A stretch of DNA of 32,000 nucleotides from Candidatus Latescibacterota bacterium (GTDB taxonomy: Bacteria > Latescibacterota > UBA2968 > GCA-2709665), in contig OZ250150.1 in NCBI GenBank assembly GCA_965237675.1, forward strand, positions 370,428-402,427. The letters run 5' to 3'. Made by a program: the position numbers and the translations under genes. The notes beneath the pieces were generated by a model. It was not told the origin of the DNA and ran no database searches. It saw only the letters and a list, made by a program, of their open reading frames with translations. The stretch's first letter is position 1; every line of letters begins with the position of its first letter. Positions 23,539 to 31,782 of the stretch are shown piece by piece.

Positions 23539-23724
23539 GAAGCTGTTTTAAAATTACCGGTGAGTTCCCGAGCGCGAGCGAAAAAGTGACGGTCAAGGCG
23601 GGAAAATCCGCCTATGAGAGGCGAGGGGCGCGCAGCCTCGACTAAAGATACGGGTGGGTTTGACCAACGCCGACCGGCGCTTTTGCAGCCGCGCGAAGAC
23701 CGCTGGGGATTTTAAAACAGCTTC
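23539..23724. repeat. TIR-bounded, hairpin-forming intergenic repeat (MITE-like), copy B, 186 bp
   Basis: Perfect 16-bp terminal inverted repeats GAAGCTGTTTTAAAAT / ATTTTAAAACAGCTTC. Internal hairpins AGGCGG-gaaaat-CCGCCT and GAGGC-..-GCCTC. The arms are near-identical to copy A. Confidence 0.8.
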
Positions 23725-23944
23725 TCAGAGCCGTGAGGAAGACGACATCAAGCCTGAGTAGCCGTTCTCAGGCAAACTTAATGTACGGGTCTGGCCAGAC
23801 GCTCAGCAGCGCGTTGCACACCAGGCGGCAAAGAACGGTCTGAGCTTGAATAGCCGGAGCACGCAAGCGCTGGGACGAGCCTGCCCGAGTAGTATCAAGA
23901 CCCTGGACGATGTAGTCTTGCCGTCGCGTTATTGAGCCTCCTCC

Positions 23945-23972
23945 AAAAAAGTGGCGCAGAGGCAAAGCCTCT
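23945..23972 (-). terminator. Weak candidate terminator after the DSD1-like gene
   Basis: Minus strand directly after the stop: AGAGGC-ttt-GCCTCT (23972-23958), then GCGCCAC and TTTTTT (23950-23945). The stem is short and a 7-nt spacer precedes the T-run. Confidence 0.3.
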
Positions 23973-25034
23973 TCAGCGGATTTTTCCGCGCGCGTGCACC
24001 GGCCAGGTCGCTTCGACCTTTCCGTTTCGCGTGGCAACCATTTCATCGTGTTCGTTGACGCAGGGGCAGGGGTGAACGGGAAGCACTTGCACACGCTCGC
24101 CGATTTCCGGTTTGTCCGCGCATCCGGATATATCCACGTGGCCGTGCTCTTCGGAGGCGATTCCGATCCGGGCATCCGGGTATTCGACGATGTGACCCAT
24201 GCAATCTCCCCGGTCGGTCTTATAAATGGATGCGCTCAGCGCTTTGCTTCCGGCGTCCAGGAACATACGGTCTTCGGTGGGCCTGCTCACGACGGTCGTG
24301 ATCACGCGGAGCGCGCATTGCTCCAGGGTGTGGCGGCCTTCGGCAAGGTGCATTGCGCCGCCCACCGTGTATTCGCCCGCGCGGTACTCGGTGAGTTCCG
24401 GGATTTCGTGCGCGTCCATGGCGTGGGGCGTGCCGCCGCCGCTTACAACGGCGCGAGGCAGGCCGGCCCTGTCGAACAGGTCTATGGTCTCCTGAATGAG
24501 CGGTCTTGATTCGGGTGGCGTGGGAAAGCCCATGAATCCCCGGAGTTCCAGACCGGGGAGGTCGTGGACGAGTTTCGCCAGTTCCGTGGCTTGCCTGGGC
24601 GTGGGAACGCCCGTGCGTTCAAATCCCATTTCGACTTCGATCAGAATGCCGATGGAAACGCCTTCAGCGTCGGCCGCTCCGGAGAGTCCACGCACGGTGA
24701 ATTCAGAGTCCGGTGCAATGGTAATCGGCAGTCGTTTCGCCAGGGCCGTAAGCCGGTCCAGCTTCTGTCTGCCCAGGATATTATAGGGAACAAGCAGGTC
24801 GGTGTGGATGCCACCCGCTGCCAGGACTTCGGCTTCGCCGAGCTTCTGACACGTCAGGCCTATGGCGCCATACTTCAATTGCAACTGGGCGACGGCCAGG
24901 GTCTTGTGGGTCTTGATATGTGGACGGAAGCCGATGCCGTGTTTTTTGAAATAGCCGTGGTATCGATCCAGGTTTTCTTCCAGGGCGTCCAGATTGATGA
25001 CAAGGACAGGCGTGTCCAGTTCGTCGATGCGCAT
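23973..25034 (-). CDS. PLP-dependent D-serine dehydratase-like / D-threonine aldolase-like enzyme (alanine racemase N-terminal fold, DSD1 family)
   Basis: AAGGAG lies before the ATG. FRPHIKTHKT (PLP-lysine motif of the DSD1/D-TA family); C-terminal ASEEHGHVD and PVHPCP segments typical of the D-serine dehydratase-like domain. Confidence 0.85.
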   Translation of the reverse strand: MRIDELDTPVLVINLDALEENLDRYHGYFKKHGIGFRPHIKTHKTLAVAQLQLKYGAIGLTCQKLGEAEVLAAGGIHTDLLVPYNILGRQKLDRLTALAKRLPITIAPDSEFTVRGLSGAADAEGVSIGILIEVEMGFERTGVPTPRQATELAKLVHDLPGLELRGFMGFPTPPESRPLIQETIDLFDRAGLPRAVVSGGGTPHAMDAHEIPELTEYRAGEYTVGGAMHLAEGRHTLEQCALRVITTVVSRPTEDRMFLDAGSKALSASIYKTDRGDCMGHIVEYPDARIGIASEEHGHVDISGCADKPEIGERVQVLPVHPCPCVNEHDEMVATRNGKVEATWPVHARGKIR

Positions 25035-25436
25035 GCAGGGCTCCTTCGCCGGGAGTCGTCAGTTGGTCTTACCTGAATAAGAGATAGCTTGCACAGCGGC
25101 ACAGGTCAAGGAATTTCGCAACCGGAGTACGTGGGATTGCTTTTTCCTTGACATGCTGCGTTTTCGGCCCAAAGTTAGTGTTGAAAACGGTCCGTTTGGG
25201 GTTAAGGATTGCGCATTCGGCACCGTGGCTTTGCTCTCGGAACGACCTGTCGATCGTGCGGGTTCCCGCCAGCCCGTCAGCACCGGCTGCCTGACGACCG
25301 GACCGGAAGGGGTCCGGATATTGGGCGGTCTTCGTTCCTTGACGGGGGATGGCGGGTTGGATAGTTTTCCATAGAGCAGTCCGTGCTGCTGACTCGATGC
25401 GCAAACGAACGGATAACCGGTTCCCGGAGGCAAACC

Positions 25437-27899
25437 ATGAAAAACGACATTTATCGCCGCAGCCCATACCGTCCGGTCCGCCTGTGTTTCTGGGTGTGGC
25501 TTCTGTCCGTATCGGTGGTGTCGGAAACCCCCGCGGCCAAGCAGACAACACACACGTACAGCCCGGCCGCTCGAGACTCGCTGATTTCAGCGACCGAGCA
25601 GCAGTTGCGTTCGGGAGCTTTTGAGGAAGCGGCCGAAATCCTTCGGCAGCTTGTCGAGGCATTTCCGGATGACGCCGACCTCCAGACGCGCCAGGGGTAC
25701 GCCTTGTTGAAGGCGAGAGATTTCGAATCCGCCATAAAGGCTTTCGAATCGGCCAAGAAACTCGATCCCGACCGTCCGGACACCCATGTGGGGCTCGGGC
25801 TGGCCCAGTTGAGAAAACCGGGAATGGGATTGGAGGCGCTTTTCAACTTTCGCCGGGCCGTGGGCGAATCCAAATCCGCCATCCAGATCAACGCGGCTTA
25901 CGGGCCGGCCTATCGGCTCCTGGGGGAGGCCTACGGACGATTTGAAGAAGACCACGAAAAGGCCATGGGCTACTATATGACGTACATCGAGTTGGAACCC
26001 GACAACCCCGATGGACGCTACGAATTCGGGCTTTCGTGTATCCAACTCGGGCAGTACGAGAAAATCGACACCTATATCACCCCCTTTGTCGAGAAGCACC
26101 CGTCTGAGACCCGACTGCTTTCACTGGCCGCGCAGGCGCATTTCTTCCTGGAGCGTTTCGGACGGGCGATGGAACTCTTCGAGAGGTATCTGCAGACACT
26201 GGGCCACGCGGAGCGCGGTCTATATACCGACATTTCCCCGATTGCCTCGCAAGCGGAACTCGAAGAATACCGGGCCGCCACCGGCGAGGAACAGACGGCC
26301 TACCTGAAGAGGTTCTGGTTAAGCAGAGATTCCGATATCCTGACCGCGATTAACGAGAGGATTATCGAGCACTACCGCCGTGTCTGGTACGCCCGGACCT
26401 TCTTCGCCATCGGGGCCAGCCCGTGGGACAGGCGAGGGGAGGTTTACATCCGTTACGGGGAGCCCGATTACCGATCCCGGTCCACGCACAGGCAATTTGT
26501 GCAGAATCCAAAGGTTCAGGCCGTACGAGACAGGATGGCAGTCGCCCTCTACGGCGACGAGGCCGCCCTCCTGACCTTTACCGGCCCCGTGTTTCCGGTT
26601 CGGGCGAATCGCAGTCACCTGGCGGCCACGCTCTTCGACAGGGAGGAGACGCAGGATGTATCCGGCTCGACAACGGCTGACGACGAACTCGGAGTCGACG
26701 CCTCCCAGGTTTCGGCGCTGGCGGAGGGCGAAACGGACCCACTCGAGACACTTCGCGAAGGCAGCCGCTTCGACGGGTTCGGGAATCTGAATACACGGCT
26801 CAATTTCGGAGGGTACGCACCGATCACACTGGACAACGAGGGCGGAACCGTGCCCTGGGAAACCTGGACGTACACGCGTATCGGAAACGGCATGGAAATC
26901 ACGTTTACGGACGAAACGGGCACCGGAGCGTTCGACTTCGCGCCCATCCCTCCTCCGTCTCTGGATACGGCCCTTTCCCGGCTCTCCCGATTCACCGAGT
27001 ACGCCCCGGGCGTTGTTTTTCGCAACGCGGTTGCCCGCATGCCCGATGTCTACCGTCCCAGGTTTCACCATCCCCCGCTGGACTTTTACTTCGACCTGGC
27101 CAGTTTCCGGGCGACGGAGGGCCAGACCACACTGGAGGTCTACTACGGAATACCCGCCGCACAGGTGAAGATCGCGCAAAGGCGCGACGTGTCTTATATC
27201 CAGGTCAAGTGCGCGCTGGCCCTGGCCAACGCGGATTACAGCAAGATTCACCGGATGGATTCCAGCCGCGCCTACCGCGTCGCGAGCGATTACAGAGGAT
27301 CCCAGAAAGCATTCATGCCGGAACTGCTCAAACTCCAGGTTCCACCTGGGAAATACGACCTTCAGGTCCAGATCAAGGATCTGATTTCCGGGCACACCGG
27401 TATATACAGGCAGTCGGTGGAGGTGAGGAAATATCCCGAAGATCGGCTACGTATCAGCGATATTCAACTTGCCGCCACAATCGGAGACAAGAAACTCCAG
27501 GACCGATTCAAAAAAGGCGACGTGTGGGTTGTACCCATGCCAACCCGGAACTACCGGGGAGCCCAGCAGGTATACGCCTACTACGAGATCTACAACCTGA
27601 AGAAGGATAGATTCGGCCAGACGCGTTTCAAGGTAAAATACGTAGTGCGATACGTTTCGAAACCCATTCGCGGGGCCCTCGGATCGGTCGCGACCGGACT
27701 CCGCTCGCTTTTCAGAAGCAAGAAACCCCAGGTCTCGGTTTCGTACGAACACGAGGGAAACGAACCGAACGAACAGGAATACCTGGAGATCGATCTCGGA
27801 AAGGTCAAACATGGGGTGAACATTCTCGAGGTGAAAATAGAGGATCTTGTCAGCGGCAAGAGCGAGGAACGCGAAATTCGTTTTCAGTACGGAGGTTAA
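25437..27899 (+). CDS. Secreted TPR-repeat plus GWxTD-domain protein
   Basis: GGAGG lies before ATG 25437. Signal-peptide-like VRLCFWVWLLSVSVVSETPAA. TPR-like helices span aa ~50-280. GWxTD-type block LKRFWLSRDSDILTAINERIIEHYRRVWYARTFFAIGASPWDRRGEVYIRYGEPDY (about nt 26303-26470). Confidence 0.8.
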   Translation: MKNDIYRRSPYRPVRLCFWVWLLSVSVVSETPAAKQTTHTYSPAARDSLISATEQQLRSGAFEEAAEILRQLVEAFPDDADLQTRQGYALLKARDFESAIKAFESAKKLDPDRPDTHVGLGLAQLRKPGMGLEALFNFRRAVGESKSAIQINAAYGPAYRLLGEAYGRFEEDHEKAMGYYMTYIELEPDNPDGRYEFGLSCIQLGQYEKIDTYITPFVEKHPSETRLLSLAAQAHFFLERFGRAMELFERYLQTLGHAERGLYTDISPIASQAELEEYRAATGEEQTAYLKRFWLSRDSDILTAINERIIEHYRRVWYARTFFAIGASPWDRRGEVYIRYGEPDYRSRSTHRQFVQNPKVQAVRDRMAVALYGDEAALLTFTGPVFPVRANRSHLAATLFDREETQDVSGSTTADDELGVDASQVSALAEGETDPLETLREGSRFDGFGNLNTRLNFGGYAPITLDNEGGTVPWETWTYTRIGNGMEITFTDETGTGAFDFAPIPPPSLDTALSRLSRFTEYAPGVVFRNAVARMPDVYRPRFHHPPLDFYFDLASFRATEGQTTLEVYYGIPAAQVKIAQRRDVSYIQVKCALALANADYSKIHRMDSSRAYRVASDYRGSQKAFMPELLKLQVPPGKYDLQVQIKDLISGHTGIYRQSVEVRKYPEDRLRISDIQLAATIGDKKLQDRFKKGDVWVVPMPTRNYRGAQQVYAYYEIYNLKKDRFGQTRFKVKYVVRYVSKPIRGALGSVATGLRSLFRSKKPQVSVSYEHEGNEPNEQEYLEIDLGKVKHGVNILEVKIEDLVSGKSEEREIRFQYGG

Positions 27900-28201
27900 T
27901 GTTCGACCGGCGTGCGTTTCAAATGGCTCAGAAAACGGTGCCTGTTGCGGCGAATCGAGCCCTTCCGTCAATCGCTGCTTCGGCAGGGTTATCGTTCGCG
28001 TTCTTTACGGCGCTGGCCAGGGATTACATGGATATTATCCCGGAATCCGTTGCGGCCAGGGCATTGGTCGGAGGGCACCTGATCCTCTCGATCGGGTGGG
28101 GCCTGGTCGTGTTCGCTGCCGTGATGTCGTACATCCAACCGCAGATAGAGCGGATTTCCCTGCGGGAGAAAACAGCCAGCCACGACCAGGGGTCCCCCTG
28201 A
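27899..28201 (+). CDS. Hypothetical 100-aa membrane protein (two predicted TM helices)
   Basis: Its ATG overlaps the upstream TAA (TAATG at 27897-27901). Hydrophobic segments LPSIAASAGLSFAFFTALA and ALVGGHLILSIGWGLVVFAAVMSYI. No recognised family. Confidence 0.55.
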   Translation: MFDRRAFQMAQKTVPVAANRALPSIAASAGLSFAFFTALARDYMDIIPESVAARALVGGHLILSIGWGLVVFAAVMSYIQPQIERISLREKTASHDQGSP

Positions 28202-28235
28202 CGTGCGCACGAAGGCTCTGGCACGGAGGTCAGCA

Positions 28236-30665
28236 ATGTTGAAACTACAGGTTTTGCAGGTTACGGTGAACCAGGTGCGGTTGGGCGTGGAACTGGCAGG
28301 TCACAACGGTGCCCGCATATACCGGTCGCGGCGGGCGTCCGGGCCCTACGAAGAGGTGGGGTTGGCGTTTGACGAGACGTATGACGATACCGTGCACCTG
28401 GAACCCGGAAAGACCTATTTCTACCTCGCCGTGGAGTGGCGGGCGCCCAGTCTGTATCCGGAAACGAGCAGCCTCAGGGAAGGAAGTCCGCTTCGGGTTA
28501 CCGTACCCAGGGCGCAGAAGGAGCGGCGTTTCGTGCTGACGGGGAAGCACGAGGAATTCACGATTTCAATGGGGGGGTACCTGGACGAATCGAATACGGT
28601 GACGGTGGGCCCGGAAGTCTACTGTCCCGGTCCAAATTCGAGTATGCCGCCGTACGATCAGGCCTTCGAGCCCAACCGGTACGTCGCCATCGAGAACGTG
28701 GGAGACACGGACGTGGAGAACCCGTGGGTGGTGGCCAACGGTCAGCGGGACTGGTGGTCGGCGGAGACGATGGCGAAAGAGATCGCCGGCATCGCCGGCG
28801 GCGGCGGGCTGAACGACGGGGACAAGATGATGGCGATCTGGAAATTCGTGGTCGACGAGCTTTACGACAGCCGGATCGGTATGTCCTGGTTCGACCAGAC
28901 CAGCGACCCCGTCAGACTCTTCAACGTCTACGGGTTCGAGGGCTGTGTGGCCAACGCCATCACGAGCCGGCGCCTCGCGGAGGCGATGGGCGTGGAGGGC
29001 CGGGAAATCTGGCTGGGAGGCACCATCGACGGACACGGACGCGGGCGCAGTTGCGGGCACGATATCTTCGAGGCGTTCGCGGACGGGGCATGGCATTTTC
29101 TGGATACGGATCTCATGGTGTTTTTTCTGAAACGGGACAACAGGACGGTTGCCGGTTCCGAAGACCTGTCCAGGGATATCGACCTGCTGCGCCGCTCCCA
29201 CCGCAACCTGGGCCTGTGCGGGCGCGACCTGCCCGGGAAGGACTATTACTACACGCCTTTTCGGGAACGCCAGTTCGTATATCCTCCCAACAAGGGCGGC
29301 GCCTGGATGGACGCCGCGGGAAAGATAAAACAGACCCCGGGGGAATTCCCGCCCGCACAAACAATGGCGTTACGGCTGCGCCCGGGAGAGAAACTCATCC
29401 GCTACTGGGACAATGTCGGAAAGAATGTGATCCGGGGGAAGCGGCTTTACCCGACCGTACGGTATTCCAACGGCAAACTGGCCTACCGGCCCGACCTGCG
29501 CAACCCGCTTGCTTTGAAGGGGACCGAACGGACGAAGAACGTCGTACAGGAAACCGGTAGGCGCGTTGCACTGCATCCGGAAAAGGAAGGGGAGGTTTCG
29601 GAGGTGGTGTGGCGTGTGGCGTCGCCCTACGCGATTGCAGGGGCGCGAGTGGGTATCAGATGTCGATGTGACACGCAGGAAGACGGTCTGGAAGTGCTGT
29701 TTTCCAAAGATGGCGAAGACTGGCGCTCTTTGTGGGTCGCCATCGGGCGGAGGCTGGACGCCTCCGTGGAACTGGACTGGTATCTCAACCCGGCGCTGAA
29801 CGATTGGCGTGGGGAGAAGGATCTGGGTTGGCGGATGGGCCCAGGTTACGAATACTACATCAAAGTGGCCATGTGGGCGGGATCCCGGCCCGAAGCGGTG
29901 GGTCTGGACGCGATCCGTTTCGATACGGACATCCAGTGCGCCACGCGGTCCCTGCCTTCGCTATTTTGCGGCGAGAATAAGATCGCCTACCGGGATGACG
30001 GCCCGGGGCAGCGGAAGGTGCAGGTGACGTATGGATGGAGGGAGGAGCGGTCCACCCGTCCACCGGGAGCCCCCGGGCTGGTGTACCCCGAGCCCGGATC
30101 CGACGTCGACTGCCTGGATTTCGAATTCCGGTGGAAGCGTCCGCGAGGGGGTAGCGGAAAGGTGGACGATTACCATATCCAGGTCAGCCGATATGCGGAT
30201 TTCAGGTGGTGCGTCTGCCCCGCGTTCGACCGGTACGTGGAAAGAACCGCTTATGCGGGCGGGACGAAATGGCAGGCGGAGTTTCCCAATCTGCTGAATC
30301 CTGACGAAACGTATTACTGGCGTGTCAGGGCGCGGAATGAAAAGGGCGTGTGGGGGCATTGGAGCGAGGTGCGAACCTTCGTGCCGCACGGGCCGCGTTT
30401 TCCTGTAGGTCTCAAAGTGGAGGGCAGGGGCAGAAAACGAACGCTGGTATGGTCCGCGAACGACGAAGGGAACCGGGCGAAGCGTTATCTTGTGCACGGA
30501 TGTGGGGAGCCCGGAGGATTTTCCGCAACGAATGGGAATCTGCTGGGTGATGTGGGTGAAGCCCGCTGGCCGTTGAACGACGCAGAGAAGGGGATGTCCT
30601 ATCGGGTCGTGGCGGTGGATGCCGGCGGCGTCCCGAGCACACCGTCGGACTATGTAACGGTGTGA
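28236..30665 (+). CDS. Transglutaminase-like (Cys-His-Asp core) protein flanked by FN3-like beta-sandwich modules; no obvious signal peptide
   Basis: GGAGG (28225-28229) lies 6 nt before ATG 28236. Core: GFEGCVANAI (Cys codon 28944-28946), SCGHDIFEAF (His 29058-29060), WHFLDTD (Asp 29103-29105 / 29109-29111). FN3-like signatures: GKTYFYLAVEW near the N-terminus, and ETYYWRVRARNEKGVWGHWSEVRTF and MSYRVVAVDAGGVPSTPS near the C-terminus. Confidence 0.75.
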   Translation: MLKLQVLQVTVNQVRLGVELAGHNGARIYRSRRASGPYEEVGLAFDETYDDTVHLEPGKTYFYLAVEWRAPSLYPETSSLREGSPLRVTVPRAQKERRFVLTGKHEEFTISMGGYLDESNTVTVGPEVYCPGPNSSMPPYDQAFEPNRYVAIENVGDTDVENPWVVANGQRDWWSAETMAKEIAGIAGGGGLNDGDKMMAIWKFVVDELYDSRIGMSWFDQTSDPVRLFNVYGFEGCVANAITSRRLAEAMGVEGREIWLGGTIDGHGRGRSCGHDIFEAFADGAWHFLDTDLMVFFLKRDNRTVAGSEDLSRDIDLLRRSHRNLGLCGRDLPGKDYYYTPFRERQFVYPPNKGGAWMDAAGKIKQTPGEFPPAQTMALRLRPGEKLIRYWDNVGKNVIRGKRLYPTVRYSNGKLAYRPDLRNPLALKGTERTKNVVQETGRRVALHPEKEGEVSEVVWRVASPYAIAGARVGIRCRCDTQEDGLEVLFSKDGEDWRSLWVAIGRRLDASVELDWYLNPALNDWRGEKDLGWRMGPGYEYYIKVAMWAGSRPEAVGLDAIRFDTDIQCATRSLPSLFCGENKIAYRDDGPGQRKVQVTYGWREERSTRPPGAPGLVYPEPGSDVDCLDFEFRWKRPRGGSGKVDDYHIQVSRYADFRWCVCPAFDRYVERTAYAGGTKWQAEFPNLLNPDETYYWRVRARNEKGVWGHWSEVRTFVPHGPRFPVGLKVEGRGRKRTLVWSANDEGNRAKRYLVHGCGEPGGFSATNGNLLGDVGEARWPLNDAEKGMSYRVVAVDAGGVPSTPSDYVTV

Positions 30666-30720
30666 GCGCCATCCGACCTGCGCGTTGCAGGGCGTCTCGA
30701 CTATTTTACGGGGGTGACAT

Positions 30721-31770
30721 ATGAACGGACGTGAATACCGCGCGGTTATCGTGGGACTGACGGGAATCGGGGCCAAACGTCCGGCGGAAGCGGAGGATCT
30801 GCCGGTATACGGCGCCATGCCGGCGTCGCACGCCTCCGCCTATTACCGGTGTCCTCAGACCCGGCTGACCGGTGTCTGCGACCTGCGTGAGGAGGCGCTG
30901 GACGGATTCAGGGCGAACTGGAACGACGTGTGGCCCGAGATGCGTTATTACGTCGATTATCGGGAGATGCTGGAGGCCGAGGGCCCCGACCTGGTGAGCG
31001 TCGCGACGTCCGACCACTTCCACGCCGATATCGTTGTGGCCGCTGCTGAACGCGGCACGCCCGCGATACTTTGCGAGAAACCGCTGGCGACAACGCTCGA
31101 AGACGCCGACCGGATGATTGCCGCGGCCGAAGCGAGCGGGACCATTCTCTCAGTGGATCACTCCCGCAGGTGGTACCCACAGTACCTCAAGGCGCGTGAG
31201 ATTGTCCGAAGCGGGCAGATCGGACCGCTGCGCACCATCGGGTGCGAGATGTTCGGTCCGCGGTCGATGTTGTTTCGCAACGGGACCCATGCCCTGGATA
31301 CGGTCTGCTTTTTTGCCGACGAGGACCCTCAGTGGCTGGTGGCGGACCTGCAGGACGGGTTCGAACACTTCACCGAGTATCAGGGAGGGGGAGGAAAGGA
31401 TTCCGCAAGCGATCCGTATGCCTCGGCCTACATCCGGTTCGGGAATGGCGTAAGGGCCTTTTTCAACTCCTTCAAGACGGGGTTTTCCGGGTGGCGGTTC
31501 GTTCTGACGTGCGAGGACGGGCGGGTGGAAGCGACCGATACGTCCGCCAGGCTGATCCGCGGCGCCTCGTTCGAGACTTCCGAGATCGTTCCGGAGCATT
31601 ACATGCTCCATTCCAAGGGCGCCATGGTGGCGGAATTGGCACACTTGCTTGAGCACGGAGGAGAACCGGTTTCTCCCGCTCGTGAGGCGAGGAAGTCGCT
31701 GGAGGTCATTCTGGGCATTCTGAAGTCGCATCACGCGGGAAACGCCCGGGTCGACTTTCCGATTTCCTGA
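30721..31770 (+). CDS. Gfo/Idh/MocA family oxidoreductase
   Basis: GGGGGTG lies before the ATG. YRAVIVGLTGIG, CEKPLATTLEDADRMIAAAE (EKP motif), family-typical C-terminus. Confidence 0.85.
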   Translation: MNGREYRAVIVGLTGIGAKRPAEAEDLPVYGAMPASHASAYYRCPQTRLTGVCDLREEALDGFRANWNDVWPEMRYYVDYREMLEAEGPDLVSVATSDHFHADIVVAAAERGTPAILCEKPLATTLEDADRMIAAAEASGTILSVDHSRRWYPQYLKAREIVRSGQIGPLRTIGCEMFGPRSMLFRNGTHALDTVCFFADEDPQWLVADLQDGFEHFTEYQGGGGKDSASDPYASAYIRFGNGVRAFFNSFKTGFSGWRFVLTCEDGRVEATDTSARLIRGASFETSEIVPEHYMLHSKGAMVAELAHLLEHGGEPVSPAREARKSLEVILGILKSHHAGNARVDFPIS

Positions 31771-31782
31771 GGAGAACGCTAA

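Noticed and set aside
26319-27395. 358-aa minus-strand ORF, plus similar long antisense ORFs at 738-1418, 18557-19519, 20462-21511, 28566-29360 and 29961-30818
   Set aside because: Each lies fully inside, and antisense to, a gene with strong family motifs. The compositions are Arg/Pro/Gly-heavy and no SD sequences are present. These are typical high-GC shadow ORFs.
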